NCBI RefSeq assembly: GCF_913053745.1
Contig: NZ_CAJXGF010000004.1
Location: 1,157 to 65,156 of the forward strand
Origin: an uncultured Nitratireductor sp.
Lineage (GTDB): Bacteria; Pseudomonadota; Alphaproteobacteria; Rhizobiales; Rhizobiaceae
Reading direction: 5' to 3'
DNA: 64,000 bases
Shown piece after piece: positions 47,271 through 58,681 of this stretch; positions within the stretch are counted from its first letter, which is position 1, and each line of letters begins with the position of its first letter. The translations under genes were made by a program, and so were the position numbers. Under the pieces are notes generated by a model. The model worked only from the letters and a program-made list of their open reading frames with translations, did no database searches and was not told the origin of the DNA.

Positions 47271-48581
47271 TCACTGTTTGGCCCGTTTGTCGACGATGCG
47301 CACCGCCTTGCCCTGGCTACGGGCCACGCTGCCGGGATCGGCCGCGTGGACACGTACCGTCACGCCGACCACATCCTTGATGCGCTCGCCGAGTTGATGG
47401 CAGGCGGCAAGCCGCACGTCGTCGCCGGCTTCAAGCGAAGCCATTTCCACGTGGATCGTCATGGCATCCATGCGGCCTTCCTGCGTGAGTTCGATTTGGA
47501 AATGCGGCGCAAGGCCCTTCACCGTGAGGATCTGTTCCTCGATCTGGGTCGGGAAGACGTTCACTCCGCGCAGGATCATCATGTCGTCCGAGCGGCCGGT
47601 GATCTTTTCCATACGGCGCATGGACCGTGCCGTGCCGGGAAGGAGGCGCGTCAGGTCGCGGGTGCGGTAGCGCACGATGGGGAAGGCTTCCTTGGTCAGT
47701 GAGGTGAAAACGAGTTCGCCCAGTTCACCGTCCGGTAGAACGTCGCCCGTCTCCGGGTCTATGATCTCCGGATAAAAATGGTCTTCCCATATGTGCAGCC
47801 CGTCCTTGGTCTCCACGCATTCGTTCGCCACGCCCGGCCCCATCACCTCCGACAGGCCATATATATCGACCGCATGCATGTCGAATGCGTCTTCGATTTC
47901 GGCGCGCATGGCGTTGGTCCAGGGCTCTGCGCCGAATATGCCCACCTGAAGCGGGCTTTTCCGCGGGTCGAGACCCTGCGCCCGGTATTCATCCAGGATC
48001 GACAGCATGTAGGAGGGGGTGACCATGATGGCTTGCGCCTGAAAATCCTCGATCAGCGTGACCTGGCGCGCTGTCATCCCGCCGGAGGCCGGCACAACCG
48101 TTGCGCCCAACCGTTCCGCACCGTAATGCGCGCCAAGCCCGCCAGTGAAGAGCCCGTAACCATAGGCCACATGCACGACATCACCGGGGCGTGTGCCGGA
48201 TGCGCGGATGGAGCGCGCCATCACTTCGGCCCAGGTGTCGATGTCCTTTGCGGTATAGCCCACCACGGTCGGCTTGCCGGTGGTGCCGGACGAGGCGTGA
48301 ATGCGCACCACTTTCTCGCGCGGCACGGCAAACATGCCGAAGGGATAATTGTCGCGGAGATCCGTCTTCACGGTGAAGGGGAATTTCGAGAGATCGGAGA
48401 GCTGTTTCAGATCGTCGGGATGGACGCCAGCGGCGTCAAAACTCTTCCTGTAGTGCGGCACGTTCTCATAGGCATGGTTCAGCGACCATTTGAGGCGCAC
48501 CAGCTGCAGGGCCTGGATTTCATCGCGTGAAGCGATTTCAATGGGATCCAGTTCTTCTTTTCTTGGGGTCAGGTCTTTCAT
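47271..48581 (-). CDS. paaK: Phenylacetate-CoA ligase
   Basis: IHASSGTTGKPTVVGYT AMP-binding motif, YGLSE, and the PaaK-specific N-terminus (LQLVRLKWSLNHAYENVPHYRKSFD). Confidence 0.93.
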   Translation of the reverse strand: MKDLTPRKEELDPIEIASRDEIQALQLVRLKWSLNHAYENVPHYRKSFDAAGVHPDDLKQLSDLSKFPFTVKTDLRDNYPFGMFAVPREKVVRIHASSGTTGKPTVVGYTAKDIDTWAEVMARSIRASGTRPGDVVHVAYGYGLFTGGLGAHYGAERLGATVVPASGGMTARQVTLIEDFQAQAIMVTPSYMLSILDEYRAQGLDPRKSPLQVGIFGAEPWTNAMRAEIEDAFDMHAVDIYGLSEVMGPGVANECVETKDGLHIWEDHFYPEIIDPETGDVLPDGELGELVFTSLTKEAFPIVRYRTRDLTRLLPGTARSMRRMEKITGRSDDMMILRGVNVFPTQIEEQILTVKGLAPHFQIELTQEGRMDAMTIHVEMASLEAGDDVRLAACHQLGERIKDVVGVTVRVHAADPGSVARSQGKAVRIVDKRAKQ

Positions 48582-48599
48582 GTCTCTCTCCCGAAGCTC

Positions 48600-49046
48600 T
48601 CAGGCCTCCACCTCGAAATGCGTTCCGCTGATCACGCGGGAATTGCCTCGGAATTCCGCGATGCGCTTGCCCTCCTGGTTTTCAACCCGCACGTCATAGA
48701 TGCCCGAGCGCCCGAACCGCGCCACCTCGCGCGCGACCGCCGTCAGTCGGTCACCAAGTGCGCCGGGCGCGATGAAGGTGATGGAATTGTGCTGTGCGAC
48801 AGCGATTTGGTTATAGGAGTTGCAGGCAAAGGCGAAAGCGGAATCCGCCAGCGTGAAGATGTAGCCCCCATGGCAGATGTCGTGCCCGTTGGTGTGATGC
48901 TTCTCCACCGTCATGGACAGCGTGGCGCCGCCGGGTGCCACGGCATCGAGGCTGCATCCTAGCCATTTAGAGGCGTCGTCGCGCGCCCACATGGCTTCTG
49001 CGCTGCGCTCGGCGATCTCCTGTGGAGACAGTTGCATTTGTGACAT
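48600..49046 (-). CDS. paaI: Hydroxyphenylacetyl-CoA thioesterase (hotdog fold)
   Basis: GHDICHGGYIFTLADSAFAFACN motif of PaaI. Confidence 0.9.
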   Translation of the reverse strand: MSQMQLSPQEIAERSAEAMWARDDASKWLGCSLDAVAPGGATLSMTVEKHHTNGHDICHGGYIFTLADSAFAFACNSYNQIAVAQHNSITFIAPGALGDRLTAVAREVARFGRSGIYDVRVENQEGKRIAEFRGNSRVISGTHFEVEA

Positions 49047-49089
49047 TTAGGCTCCTCCCGAGACCGTCCACGAAAGCAGACTTGCATAA

Positions 49090-49103
49090 ACCGACCGGTC
49101 GGT
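49090..49103. promoter_or_regulatory. 14-bp perfect palindrome in the paaI/P450 divergent promoter region
   Basis: ACCGACCGGTCGGT is its own reverse complement. It lies between the divergent paaI-paaK and P450-paaZ transcription units. Confidence 0.4.
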
Positions 49104-49152
49104 CAATAATACTGTTGTGAGGAGGCGGTGCGACCGCTTCCGGGAGGAGAGC

Positions 49153-50391
49153 ATGACCAAAACGGCAGACAACGCTGCGGCGAATGGCGAGAAACTGGCG
49201 GAGCGTTTCGAATTGACGGCGCTGCCGTCAGGCTTCGTGGACGATCCGTTTCCGACCTATCACGCGCTACTGGAGCACGCGCCCCTCAAGCGTTTTGCCG
49301 ACGGCTCCGTCATGCTGTCGCGCTATGAGGATCTCGATCGCATTTACCGCGACACCAAAACCTTCTCGTCGGACAAGAAGGCCGAGTTCCTGCCGAAATT
49401 CGGCGACACACCGCTCTATGAGCATCACACGACCAGCCTTGTCTTCAACGATCCGCCACTCCACACGCGGGTGCGCAAGATCATGATGGGCGCGCTCACG
49501 CCGCGCGCGCTGGCAGCACTCGAGCCGGGCCTGATCACGTTGGTCGATGGCCTGCTCGACCGCATGGAAGAAAAGGGTGAGGTCGATCTGATCGAGGATT
49601 TCGCCGCCGCGATCCCCGTCGAAGTCATCGGTAACCTGTTCGACATCCCTCACGAGGAACGCGAGCCGCTGCGCGACTGGTCGCTCGCCATTCTCGGTGC
49701 GCTGGAGCCGGTCCTCACCGACGAACAACAGCAATGGGGCAATACCTCCGTCACCGATTTCAAGGCCTATCTCAAGGCGATCGCCGACGATCGGCGCCGC
49801 AATCCCGGCGACCCGGCGACCGACGTTTTGACCCGACTCATCAACGGCAATGAGGGGGAAGAGCTCTCCGAGGTCGAGCTTTTGCAGAACTGCATTTTCA
49901 TCCTCAACGCCGGGCACGAGACCACGACAAACCTGATCGGCAACGCGCTCTATGAGCTTGCACAATGGCCGCAGGAGAAGGCGCGGCTCGAGGCCGATCC
50001 GGACCTGATCGGGACGGCCGTGGACGAATTCCTGCGCTTCCAGAGCCCCAACCAGCTTGGCAACCGCATGGCGGTGGAGCCGGTGGAGTTTTACGGAGAA
50101 ACCGTGGATCCGGGCACGCCGATCCATCTGTGCATCGGTGCCGCCAACCGCGATCCGCGCCAGTTCGCGGATCCGGACAGGCTCGATCTCGGGCGCAAGC
50201 CCAACAAGCATCTGGCCTTTGCGGGCGGTCCCCATCTTTGCGCGGGCTTTTCGCTTGCGCGAATGGAGGGACGCATCGGCATTTCGCATTTTCTCAAACG
50301 TTTCCCCGACTATCGGCTGACCGGAGAGCCGGAGCGTACCGGACGCGTGCGCTTTCGCGGCTTTTCCCGGCTGCCGGCGCGGGTGCGCTGA
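49153..50391 (+). CDS. Cytochrome P450
   Basis: GGGAGGAGAG Shine-Dalgarno. I-helix NAGHETT, ExxR (EFLR), heme loop FAGGPHLCAGFSLAR. Confidence 0.92.
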   Translation: MTKTADNAAANGEKLAERFELTALPSGFVDDPFPTYHALLEHAPLKRFADGSVMLSRYEDLDRIYRDTKTFSSDKKAEFLPKFGDTPLYEHHTTSLVFNDPPLHTRVRKIMMGALTPRALAALEPGLITLVDGLLDRMEEKGEVDLIEDFAAAIPVEVIGNLFDIPHEEREPLRDWSLAILGALEPVLTDEQQQWGNTSVTDFKAYLKAIADDRRRNPGDPATDVLTRLINGNEGEELSEVELLQNCIFILNAGHETTTNLIGNALYELAQWPQEKARLEADPDLIGTAVDEFLRFQSPNQLGNRMAVEPVEFYGETVDPGTPIHLCIGAANRDPRQFADPDRLDLGRKPNKHLAFAGGPHLCAGFSLARMEGRIGISHFLKRFPDYRLTGEPERTGRVRFRGFSRLPARVR

Positions 50392-50409
50392 CCAGTAAAG
50401 GAGTGTTCC

Positions 50410-52440
50410 ATGAGCGTGATGCGGCTTGAAAGCTATGCGGCAGGGGCGTGGGTTGCGCCTTCCGGCGATCTCAAACCTCTGCGGAGTGCGGTCACCGGTG
50501 ATGTCGTCGCCGAACTCGGTTCGCAGAAGCTGGACTTCGCCCGTATGGCAGACCATGCTTGCCAGGTGGGCGGGCCGGCGCTACGCGCGATGACGTTCTA
50601 CGACCGTGCCTTCGCCATCAAGGCGCTGGCGCAATATCTGAACGACCGCCGCGACGCGCTCTACGAGCTTTCCTACGAGACCGGCGCGACCAAGCCTGAC
50701 TCGATGATCGACATCGATGGCGGCATCGGCACGCTGTTCGTTTATTCGTCCAAGGCGAGGCGCGAGCTGCCCGACGATCAGGTCTATGTGGATGGCGCGC
50801 TGGAGCAGCTTTCCCGTTCCGGGAACTTCGTCGGCCAGCATGTGGCGACGCCGCTTCAGGGCGTGGCCGTCCACATCAACGCCTTCAACTTTCCCGTCTG
50901 GGGCATGCTTGAAAAACTGGCGCCGACGCTGATTGCCGGTGTTCCGGCCATCGTCAAGCCAGCGTCCTCGACCGCGTGGCTCGCCGAAGCCTGTTTCCGC
51001 ATGATCGTGGAATCCGGCCTGTTCCCGGAAGGCGCGGTGCAGTTCATCGCCGGCTCCACCGGAGATCTGCTCGACCGTCTGACCGGTCAGGACGTGGTGT
51101 CCTTCACCGGCTCCGCTTCCACAGCCTCCATGTTGCGCGCCAACCCGAAGATCATCGGCAATTCCGTGCGCTTCGTGGCCGAGCAGGATTCGCTCAACGC
51201 CTCGGTGCTTGGGCCGGATGCAGCGCCCGGAACGCCTGAATTCGATGCCTTCATCAAGGAAGTGCATCGCGAGATGACGGCCAAGGCCGGCCAGAAATGC
51301 ACCGCCGTGCGCCGCATTTTCGTGCCCGACGCGCACCGCAATGCGGTCACCGAAGCGCTGGTCGCGCGGCTTGAGAAGACCGTCGTCGGCAATCCCCGCA
51401 GCGAAGGCGTGCGGATGGGCGCGCTCGCAAGCCTCGCCCAGCGCGACGATGTGCTTGAGAAGGCCGGCATTCTCGCCACCGAGGCCCGTCGCGTGTTCGG
51501 CGATCCGGATGCCTTCTCGGTCACCGATGCCGATGCCGACGCGGGCGCCTTCGTGCCGCCCATGCTGTTTTCCTGCGACGATCCCGATGGCGCCCGGAAG
51601 CTGCATTCCGTCGAGGCGTTCGGCCCGGTTTCCACCATCATGCCGTACCGGGATCTCGGCCATGCGCTGAAACTCGCCAATCGCGGCGACGGCTCGCTCG
51701 TCGCCTCGGTCTTCACGCAGGATCCGGCGGTCGCCCGGCAGGCGGTTCTGGAGGCGGGCGCATTCCATGGCCGGCTTTACTTCGCCAACCGCGACACCGG
51801 CAAGGAGGCGACCGGCCACGGTTCGCCGTTGCCGCACATGGTGCATGGCGGTCCGGGTCGCGCGGGCGGCGGCGAGGAGCTTGGCGGTGTGCGTGGCGTG
51901 ATGCATTACATGCAGCGCACCGCGATCCAGGCGAGCCCCGACCTGATCGCCGGCATCACAAACCGCTATGTGGCGGGCGCGTCGACCGAAGAGAAAGAGC
52001 CGCATCCCTTCCGCCTGACCTTTGGCGAACTGGAGCCCGGCCGCACGCTCTGGGCCGGTCCGCGCGCGGTGACGCTGGCGGACATCGAACATTTCGCCGA
52101 ATTCACCGGCGACACCTTCTACGCGCATATGGACGAGGAGGCGGCTGCCGCCAATCCGTTCTTCCCCGGCCGCGTCGCGCACGGCTATCTCATCCTGTCC
52201 TTTGCGGCGGGCATGTTCGTCGAGCCGGCCCCCGGCCCGGTGCTTGCCAATTACGGCCTCGACAATCTGCGCTTCATGAAGCCGGTTTCCCCCGGCGACA
52301 CGCTGAAAGTGCGCCTCACGGTGAAGCAGAAGACGCGCCGCAAGGACGAGTATGGCGAAGTGCGCTGGGATGTCGGCGTCTATAATCAGGAAGGCGAGCA
52401 GGTTGCCGCCTACGAACTCCTGACGATGAACGCCATGTAG
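50410..52440 (+). CDS. paaZ: Bifunctional aldehyde dehydrogenase / MaoC-type hydratase
   Basis: N-terminal ALDH domain ([20 protein letters not shown]) plus C-terminal MaoC hotdog ([30 protein letters not shown]). Length 676 aa. Confidence 0.92.
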   Translation: MSVMRLESYAAGAWVAPSGDLKPLRSAVTGDVVAELGSQKLDFARMADHACQVGGPALRAMTFYDRAFAIKALAQYLNDRRDALYELSYETGATKPDSMIDIDGGIGTLFVYSSKARRELPDDQVYVDGALEQLSRSGNFVGQHVATPLQGVAVHINAFNFPVWGMLEKLAPTLIAGVPAIVKPASSTAWLAEACFRMIVESGLFPEGAVQFIAGSTGDLLDRLTGQDVVSFTGSASTASMLRANPKIIGNSVRFVAEQDSLNASVLGPDAAPGTPEFDAFIKEVHREMTAKAGQKCTAVRRIFVPDAHRNAVTEALVARLEKTVVGNPRSEGVRMGALASLAQRDDVLEKAGILATEARRVFGDPDAFSVTDADADAGAFVPPMLFSCDDPDGARKLHSVEAFGPVSTIMPYRDLGHALKLANRGDGSLVASVFTQDPAVARQAVLEAGAFHGRLYFANRDTGKEATGHGSPLPHMVHGGPGRAGGGEELGGVRGVMHYMQRTAIQASPDLIAGITNRYVAGASTEEKEPHPFRLTFGELEPGRTLWAGPRAVTLADIEHFAEFTGDTFYAHMDEEAAAANPFFPGRVAHGYLILSFAAGMFVEPAPGPVLANYGLDNLRFMKPVSPGDTLKVRLTVKQKTRRKDEYGEVRWDVGVYNQEGEQVAAYELLTMNAM

Positions 52441-52476
52441 CTTCCGAGGCGAGGCGCTTTGACGGCATGGAGCCGG

Positions 52477-52515
52477 CCCCTCATCCTCCTGCCGGGGAGA
52501 GGGTAAGGGTGAGGG
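52477..52515. repeat. REP-like intergenic palindromic element (short copy)
   Basis: CCCCTCATCCTCCTGCCGGGGAGAGGGTAAGGGTGAGGG. It shares the exact 12-mer CCCCTCATCCTC with the element at 60493. Confidence 0.4.
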
Positions 52516-52533
52516 ACGAGCGCTCGCGCTGTG

Positions 52534-53598
52534 CTATGTTTTCAGAGGCCTGAACGTCAGCCCGTCGATAAGCTCTGCGCTTTTAAGCGTTGCCGCGCCC
52601 GTTGCCACGATCATTTGCGGAAGGAGCATCCATTCCAGCGTCCACGCCGCTCCGGAGCGCTCGTTTTCGTGCACCAGCGCCTGATGCATGCCCCCTACAA
52701 GCGTCGCGTTGAAACGCGCGAACGTCACCAGTGCTTCGGCGGCGACCGGGTTCTTCTTGTGTGGCATGGCAGAAGAGCCGCCACCCGTCGCCAGTTCGAT
52801 CTCGCCGAGCTCGCTCTGCGCCCCGAGTGCGATATCCTGGCCCATCTTGCCGAGGCTTCCTGTGATTTGCGAGAGGGCAGCGGCGAATGCAGCGATCCCG
52901 TCGCGTTCGCTGTGACGCGGGTGACCGGGCAGTGCGAGATTGAGACTTGCGGCAAGTCGTTCGGCCACGGCATCGCCCTTGTCGCCAAGCTTGTCGAGCG
53001 TACCGGCGGCACCTGCGAAATGCAGCACCGCGATGCCGTCCAGCGCCACTTCGAGCCTTTTTGCACCGCGCGAGAGAGGTTCGTGCCATGAGCGGATCTT
53101 GCGGGCGGCCGGCACGGGAACGGCGGCCTGCATGCGCGTGTGCGCCATGACCTCGATTTGCCCTTCCCGTGTTTCCAGCGATTTCAGTGTTTTGACGAGT
53201 TCGGCCAGTCGTTGGGACAAAATTGACACAGCGTCACGCACCCGCAGCGCAAAACCCGTGTCGATCACATCCTGGCTCGTCGCGCCGAAGTGTAGGTGTG
53301 GTCGCGCGATTTGGGGAAGGGCAGCGCGCATTTGTGCAACGAGCGCAGGGACCGCCACGCCGTCCCGGGCCGCTCCGGCCTTCAAGCCGGCGATCTCGGG
53401 GCCGAAGGCGTTGGCCAATGCGGCGATTTCCTTCGCCGCATTATGCGGGATCACGCCTTCCTGCGCTTCCGCCATCGCAAGTTCTGCCTCGAAGCGCATC
53501 ATTGCGTCGATTTCCGCGCGCGCCGAAAAGTGTTGCGCCAGCGCCTCGTCGCCGAGAAGGCCCGACAGAATGGGATGGTCGAAGACGGAAATGGTCAT
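52534..53598 (-). CDS. pcaB: 3-carboxy-cis,cis-muconate cycloisomerase
   Basis: Fumarate-lyase superfamily signature GSSAMPHKKNP. Short (~354 aa) PcaB-type length. Sits in a pca operon. Confidence 0.88.
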   Translation of the reverse strand: MTISVFDHPILSGLLGDEALAQHFSARAEIDAMMRFEAELAMAEAQEGVIPHNAAKEIAALANAFGPEIAGLKAGAARDGVAVPALVAQMRAALPQIARPHLHFGATSQDVIDTGFALRVRDAVSILSQRLAELVKTLKSLETREGQIEVMAHTRMQAAVPVPAARKIRSWHEPLSRGAKRLEVALDGIAVLHFAGAAGTLDKLGDKGDAVAERLAASLNLALPGHPRHSERDGIAAFAAALSQITGSLGKMGQDIALGAQSELGEIELATGGGSSAMPHKKNPVAAEALVTFARFNATLVGGMHQALVHENERSGAAWTLEWMLLPQMIVATGAATLKSAELIDGLTFRPLKT

Positions 53599-53644
53599 GT
53601 GGGTTGCGTCCCGGATTGGCGTCCAACGGACCGACTATGCCCGA

Positions 53645-54259
53645 TCAGATGTCGAAAAACACCGTTTCCTTATCGCCTTGCAGGTGAATGTCGAAGACAT
53701 AGGCCCCGCCGTCGCGGCGGGCGATCAGGGTGGAGACGCGGTTCTGATGTTCGAGGCGGGTGAGAACCGGATCTTCCGCATTGGCTGTCTCCTCGTCGCT
53801 GAAATACATGCGTGTCGCCAACCCCAGATTGATGCCGCGGGCGACGATCCAGAGGCTGATATGTGGCGCCATCATGCGCCCGTCGGGGAAAGGCACGCGT
53901 CCGGGCTTGATCGTCTCGAAAACGATCTCGCCCGTGTCCATCTCCGAGGGGTACCGGCCCCACCCCTGAAAATTCGGGTCGGCCGTGCCACGCGTTTCGG
54001 AGGGCGAATTGTAGAGACCCTCCGCATCCGCCTGCCAGCTTTCCACGAGTGCGTCTTTCAATGGAGTGCCGGCTCCATCGACGATGCGCATCTTCACCGT
54101 GATGCGTTCGCCCTTGGTCTTTTCGTTCACCGGCTGTGCGCCGAGATCGTGCGGATAAACGCCCTCGATACCGCCGAAATTTGGTGTCAGACCGATATGC
54201 ACATAGGGGCCTGCGGTTTGCGAGGCGCTTTCCTTCAACCGTCTGAGTTCCTGAACCAT
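53645..54259 (-). CDS. pcaG: Protocatechuate 3,4-dioxygenase alpha subunit
   Basis: SQTAGPYVHIGL..., APHISLWIVARGINLGLATRMYF. Confidence 0.92.
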   Translation of the reverse strand: MVQELRRLKESASQTAGPYVHIGLTPNFGGIEGVYPHDLGAQPVNEKTKGERITVKMRIVDGAGTPLKDALVESWQADAEGLYNSPSETRGTADPNFQGWGRYPSEMDTGEIVFETIKPGRVPFPDGRMMAPHISLWIVARGINLGLATRMYFSDEETANAEDPVLTRLEHQNRVSTLIARRDGGAYVFDIHLQGDKETVFFDI

Positions 54260-54999
54260 CAGTTTCCCTCCATGCGGTTTTCGAACAGCGTCGAATGACG
54301 GCCGCGCAGCACGATGTCGAATTTATAGGCGCGTGCGTCCATCGGCACGGTGGCCTGCATGTCGAGTGCGGCGATAAGGCCTTCGATGGCGCGGCGCTCG
54401 GGGATGGTGGCGACGATAGGGCACTGCCAGATCATCGGATCGCCGTCGAAATACATCTGGGTGATGAGACGCTGGACGAAGCCGTGGCCGAATAGGGAAA
54501 AGTGAATGTGGGCCGGACGCCAGTCATTGATGCCGTTGGGCCAAGGATAGGCGCCGGGCATGATGGTACGAAAGAAATAGTTGCCGTTGGCGTCGGTGAT
54601 CGTGCGTCCGCAGCCGCCGAAATTGGGATCGAGTGGCGCCAGGTAGCCATCCTTTTTGTGGCGGTAGCGACCACCGGCATTGGCCTGCCAGAATTCCAGC
54701 AGCACGTTGGAAACGCCGGCACCGCGTTCGTCCAAGACGCGACCATAGACGATGATGCGCGGGCCGATGGCGCTTTCGCCGGGTTTTGCAAAGTTCAAAG
54801 TCAAATCGTTGTCGCGTTCGCCGAGGATATGATGCCCGAAAACGGGCCCCGTCGTCTCGGAGAGCGTGTGCGGAAACGATACCGGCGCGCGCTGTGGAGA
54901 GCGCATGACGGAGGTTTTGTAGCCGGGCGTGAATGCGGGCGGTTGCCAGGTGCGGTCACGCTGAAAGAAGCCTCCGGTTTCAGGCCGAACGTTCCTCAT
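54259..54999 (-). CDS. pcaH: Protocatechuate 3,4-dioxygenase beta subunit
   Basis: [15 protein letters not shown]..., [17 protein letters not shown] iron ligands. Confidence 0.92.
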   Translation of the reverse strand: MRNVRPETGGFFQRDRTWQPPAFTPGYKTSVMRSPQRAPVSFPHTLSETTGPVFGHHILGERDNDLTLNFAKPGESAIGPRIIVYGRVLDERGAGVSNVLLEFWQANAGGRYRHKKDGYLAPLDPNFGGCGRTITDANGNYFFRTIMPGAYPWPNGINDWRPAHIHFSLFGHGFVQRLITQMYFDGDPMIWQCPIVATIPERRAIEGLIAALDMQATVPMDARAYKFDIVLRGRHSTLFENRMEGN

Positions 55000-55394
55000 A
55001 CCTTGCTCCCTTCCATGTCGGCGAGGGTTTGCTTGACGATCTTTATCGCGTGATTGGCAGCCGGAACGCCGGCATAGATCGCCACGTGCAGCATGGCTTC
55101 GCGCAAGTCCTCGGCGCTGGCGCCCGTATTGGCGGTGGCTCGCACATGCATGGCCAGTTCCTCGTCCTGACCGAGTGCGGCCAGAAGCGCGATGGTCACC
55201 ATGGAGCGTTCACGCGGTGTCCATTGAGAGCGCGACCAGACATGACCCCACGCGGCCTCCGTGATCAGCTCCTGAAACGGCGCGTCGAAGACGGTTTTCC
55301 GCGCTTCCGCTCCGTCGACCCAGTCGTCGCCGAGAATGGCGCGCCGGGTTTTCATGCCCTGCTCGTAGCGTTGGCTCTTCTTGTCGTTTGACAT
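54996..55394 (-). CDS. pcaC: 4-carboxymuconolactone decarboxylase
   Basis: [17 protein letters not shown]...[28 protein letters not shown]. Confidence 0.9.
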   Translation of the reverse strand: MSNDKKSQRYEQGMKTRRAILGDDWVDGAEARKTVFDAPFQELITEAAWGHVWSRSQWTPRERSMVTIALLAALGQDEELAMHVRATANTGASAEDLREAMLHVAIYAGVPAANHAIKIVKQTLADMEGSKV

Positions 55395-55412
55395 TGTCTT
55401 CTCCCTCGGGCC

Positions 55413-56675
<1,263 letters not shown>

Positions 56676-56696
56676 TCATCATCCAAGGGTAGTGCG

Positions 56697-57581
56697 ATGC
56701 GCAGATCGATACCGAACTATCGGCTTTATGAAGAAAAATCAGGAGAATCTTCCGATTTCTGGCTTCATTGCGAAACGCTTTCCATTCGCAGCGCCCTGCA
56801 CAATTGGCAAATTGCGGTTCATCGTCACTCCGCGCTCTTCCAGATGTTCTGGTTGACGCAGGGCGAGGGAAAGCTCGTCGGTGAGGGGCGCGGCGACCGG
56901 TCGTTTTCTGCCCCTTGTGCTCTGTTCATCCCTCCGGGGGCAGCGCACGGATTTCACTTTGCCGGGGACTCCGAAGGGATTGTCGCTACGGTGCTTGCCG
57001 ATCGGCTTTCCCTGCCGATCGCCGCCGACAGGGCGTTTTCGGATTTCTTTTCCGAAACCCGCATCGTGCCGGTGGACGGTATCGGTACAGGTGAGGGGGC
57101 CTATATCGACCATCTGTTTCGCCGCATCTATGCGGAGAACGGCGGGGTTGGCATGGGGCGGGATCTAATGCTCGATGCCCATGTTATGGAAGTACTCGTC
57201 TGGCTGGCGCGAACCGCTGCGCCGGGACACGGTGTCGCCACGCGCGATAGCGGGCGCCTGCAGGCGCTCGAAACGCTGATCGCCGCGCATTTTCGCGAGC
57301 ATCGTCCCGTCGGCTTCTATGCCGAGAGGATCGGTGTCTCCATGGCGCAGCTCAACCGTGTCGCACGGCAGGAGGCCGGAGCCAGCGTGTCACAATTGCT
57401 CGCTCGCCGCCTGCTCGATGCCGCGCGCCGCGATCTGATCTTCACGCCAACTCCGGTTCAGGCCATCGCATATTCGCTGGGCTTCCAGGATCCAGCCTAT
57501 TTCAACCGCTTTTTTCGCCGCCAGACCGGCACCACGCCGGGTGCCTACCGGGAGACGGAGCGGCGCAGGCTCGTGGGATGA
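56697..57581 (+). CDS. pobR: AraC family transcriptional regulator (PobR-like)
   Basis: Divergent from pobA. Cupin-like N-terminus (HRHSALFQMFWL) and C-terminal AraC HTH (IAYSLGFQDPAYFNRFFRRQTGTTPGAYR). Confidence 0.85.
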   Translation: MRRSIPNYRLYEEKSGESSDFWLHCETLSIRSALHNWQIAVHRHSALFQMFWLTQGEGKLVGEGRGDRSFSAPCALFIPPGAAHGFHFAGDSEGIVATVLADRLSLPIAADRAFSDFFSETRIVPVDGIGTGEGAYIDHLFRRIYAENGGVGMGRDLMLDAHVMEVLVWLARTAAPGHGVATRDSGRLQALETLIAAHFREHRPVGFYAERIGVSMAQLNRVARQEAGASVSQLLARRLLDAARRDLIFTPTPVQAIAYSLGFQDPAYFNRFFRRQTGTTPGAYRETERRRLVG

Positions 57582-57652
57582 ACTTGCTGGCGGCCCGGCC
57601 GTGCGTCGCCGGAAGGGGCAGAGGGCCCCCTTCCTGGCGATCCGACTGCGAT

Positions 57653-58636
57653 TCACATCGCCTTTTCGGTGATGTCGTGAGTGAAGGCGCCCTCCGGTTC
57701 CTTGGTGATGACCGGATCGGAACCGCCTTGCAGCAGTGTGTCGACGGTCTGCTTGTAAGCCGTCTCGTCGAGCGTGGCGTCGTCGCCCAGAAGTTTGGCG
57801 ATTTCACCCATCATGCGCGTCTGGTGCTTTTCGGTCTGGGCACCCGTCGCGTCGTTGTCGAGCACGATCATGGCCGCTTCGTCCGGATTGTCTCTCGCCC
57901 ACATCCAGCCTTTCATGGAGGCTTTGACGAAGCGCGCCATCTTGTCCGCGAACTCCGGGTCGTTGAGCTTGTCTTCCAGCACATACAGCCCGTCTTCCAG
58001 CGTCGCCACGCCTTCGTCGGTGTAGTTGAAGACCACGATGTCGTCTTCGCTCAGGCCAGCGTCGATCACCTGCCAGTACTCATTGTAGGTCATGGCGGTA
58101 ATGCAGTCGGCCTGCTTTTGCAGGAGCGGGTCGACATTGAAACCGATCTTCTGGATCGTCACGCCGTTTTCCGAGCCGTCGCGCGCCAACCCGAGCTTCG
58201 ACAGCCAGCTATAAAGCGGATATTCGTTGCCGAAGAACCAGGTGCCCAGCGTCTTGCCCTTGAAGTCTTCGGGTTTTTCGATGCCGGTCTCCTTGCGGCA
58301 GACCATGGTAAGGCCCGAGCGTGCGAAGGGCTGGGCGATGTTGACCACCGGCACGCCCTTTTCACGCGCGGCGAGGGCTGACGGAAGCCAGTCCACCATC
58401 ACGTCTGCGCCGCCGCCGGCCAGCACCTGAACGGGCGCGATGTCGGGACCGCCGGGCTTGATCTCGACGTTGAGGTCTTCTTCCTCGTAGAAACCCTGAT
58501 CCTTGGCGACGTAGTAGCCGGCGAACTGCGCCTGCGTCACCCATTTGAGTTGCAGGGTTACATCGTCGGCTGCAAGAGCTTGCGAAGCGGCGAGCATCAG
58601 CGCGCCGGAAAATATGCCTGTGACTGCGTGTTTCAT
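57653..58636 (-). CDS. ABC transporter substrate-binding protein (NMT1/THI5-like, NitT/TauT family)
   Basis: Signal peptide ending ALA-AD. VTLQLKWVTQAQFAGYYVAKDQGFYEEE.L is typical of NMT1-like substrate-binding proteins. Confidence 0.88.
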   Translation of the reverse strand: MKHAVTGIFSGALMLAASQALAADDVTLQLKWVTQAQFAGYYVAKDQGFYEEEDLNVEIKPGGPDIAPVQVLAGGGADVMVDWLPSALAAREKGVPVVNIAQPFARSGLTMVCRKETGIEKPEDFKGKTLGTWFFGNEYPLYSWLSKLGLARDGSENGVTIQKIGFNVDPLLQKQADCITAMTYNEYWQVIDAGLSEDDIVVFNYTDEGVATLEDGLYVLEDKLNDPEFADKMARFVKASMKGWMWARDNPDEAAMIVLDNDATGAQTEKHQTRMMGEIAKLLGDDATLDETAYKQTVDTLLQGGSDPVITKEPEGAFTHDITEKAM

Positions 58637-58681
58637 TTTCGCTTCCCTCTTTGATTGGGCCGCTGTTCTCCGCGCGGCCGG

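Noticed and set aside
49267-52182. 429-aa and 533-aa minus-strand ORFs opposite the P450 and paaZ genes
   Set aside because: They are antisense artefacts. The plus-strand frames carry the heme loop and the ALDH/MaoC motifs.
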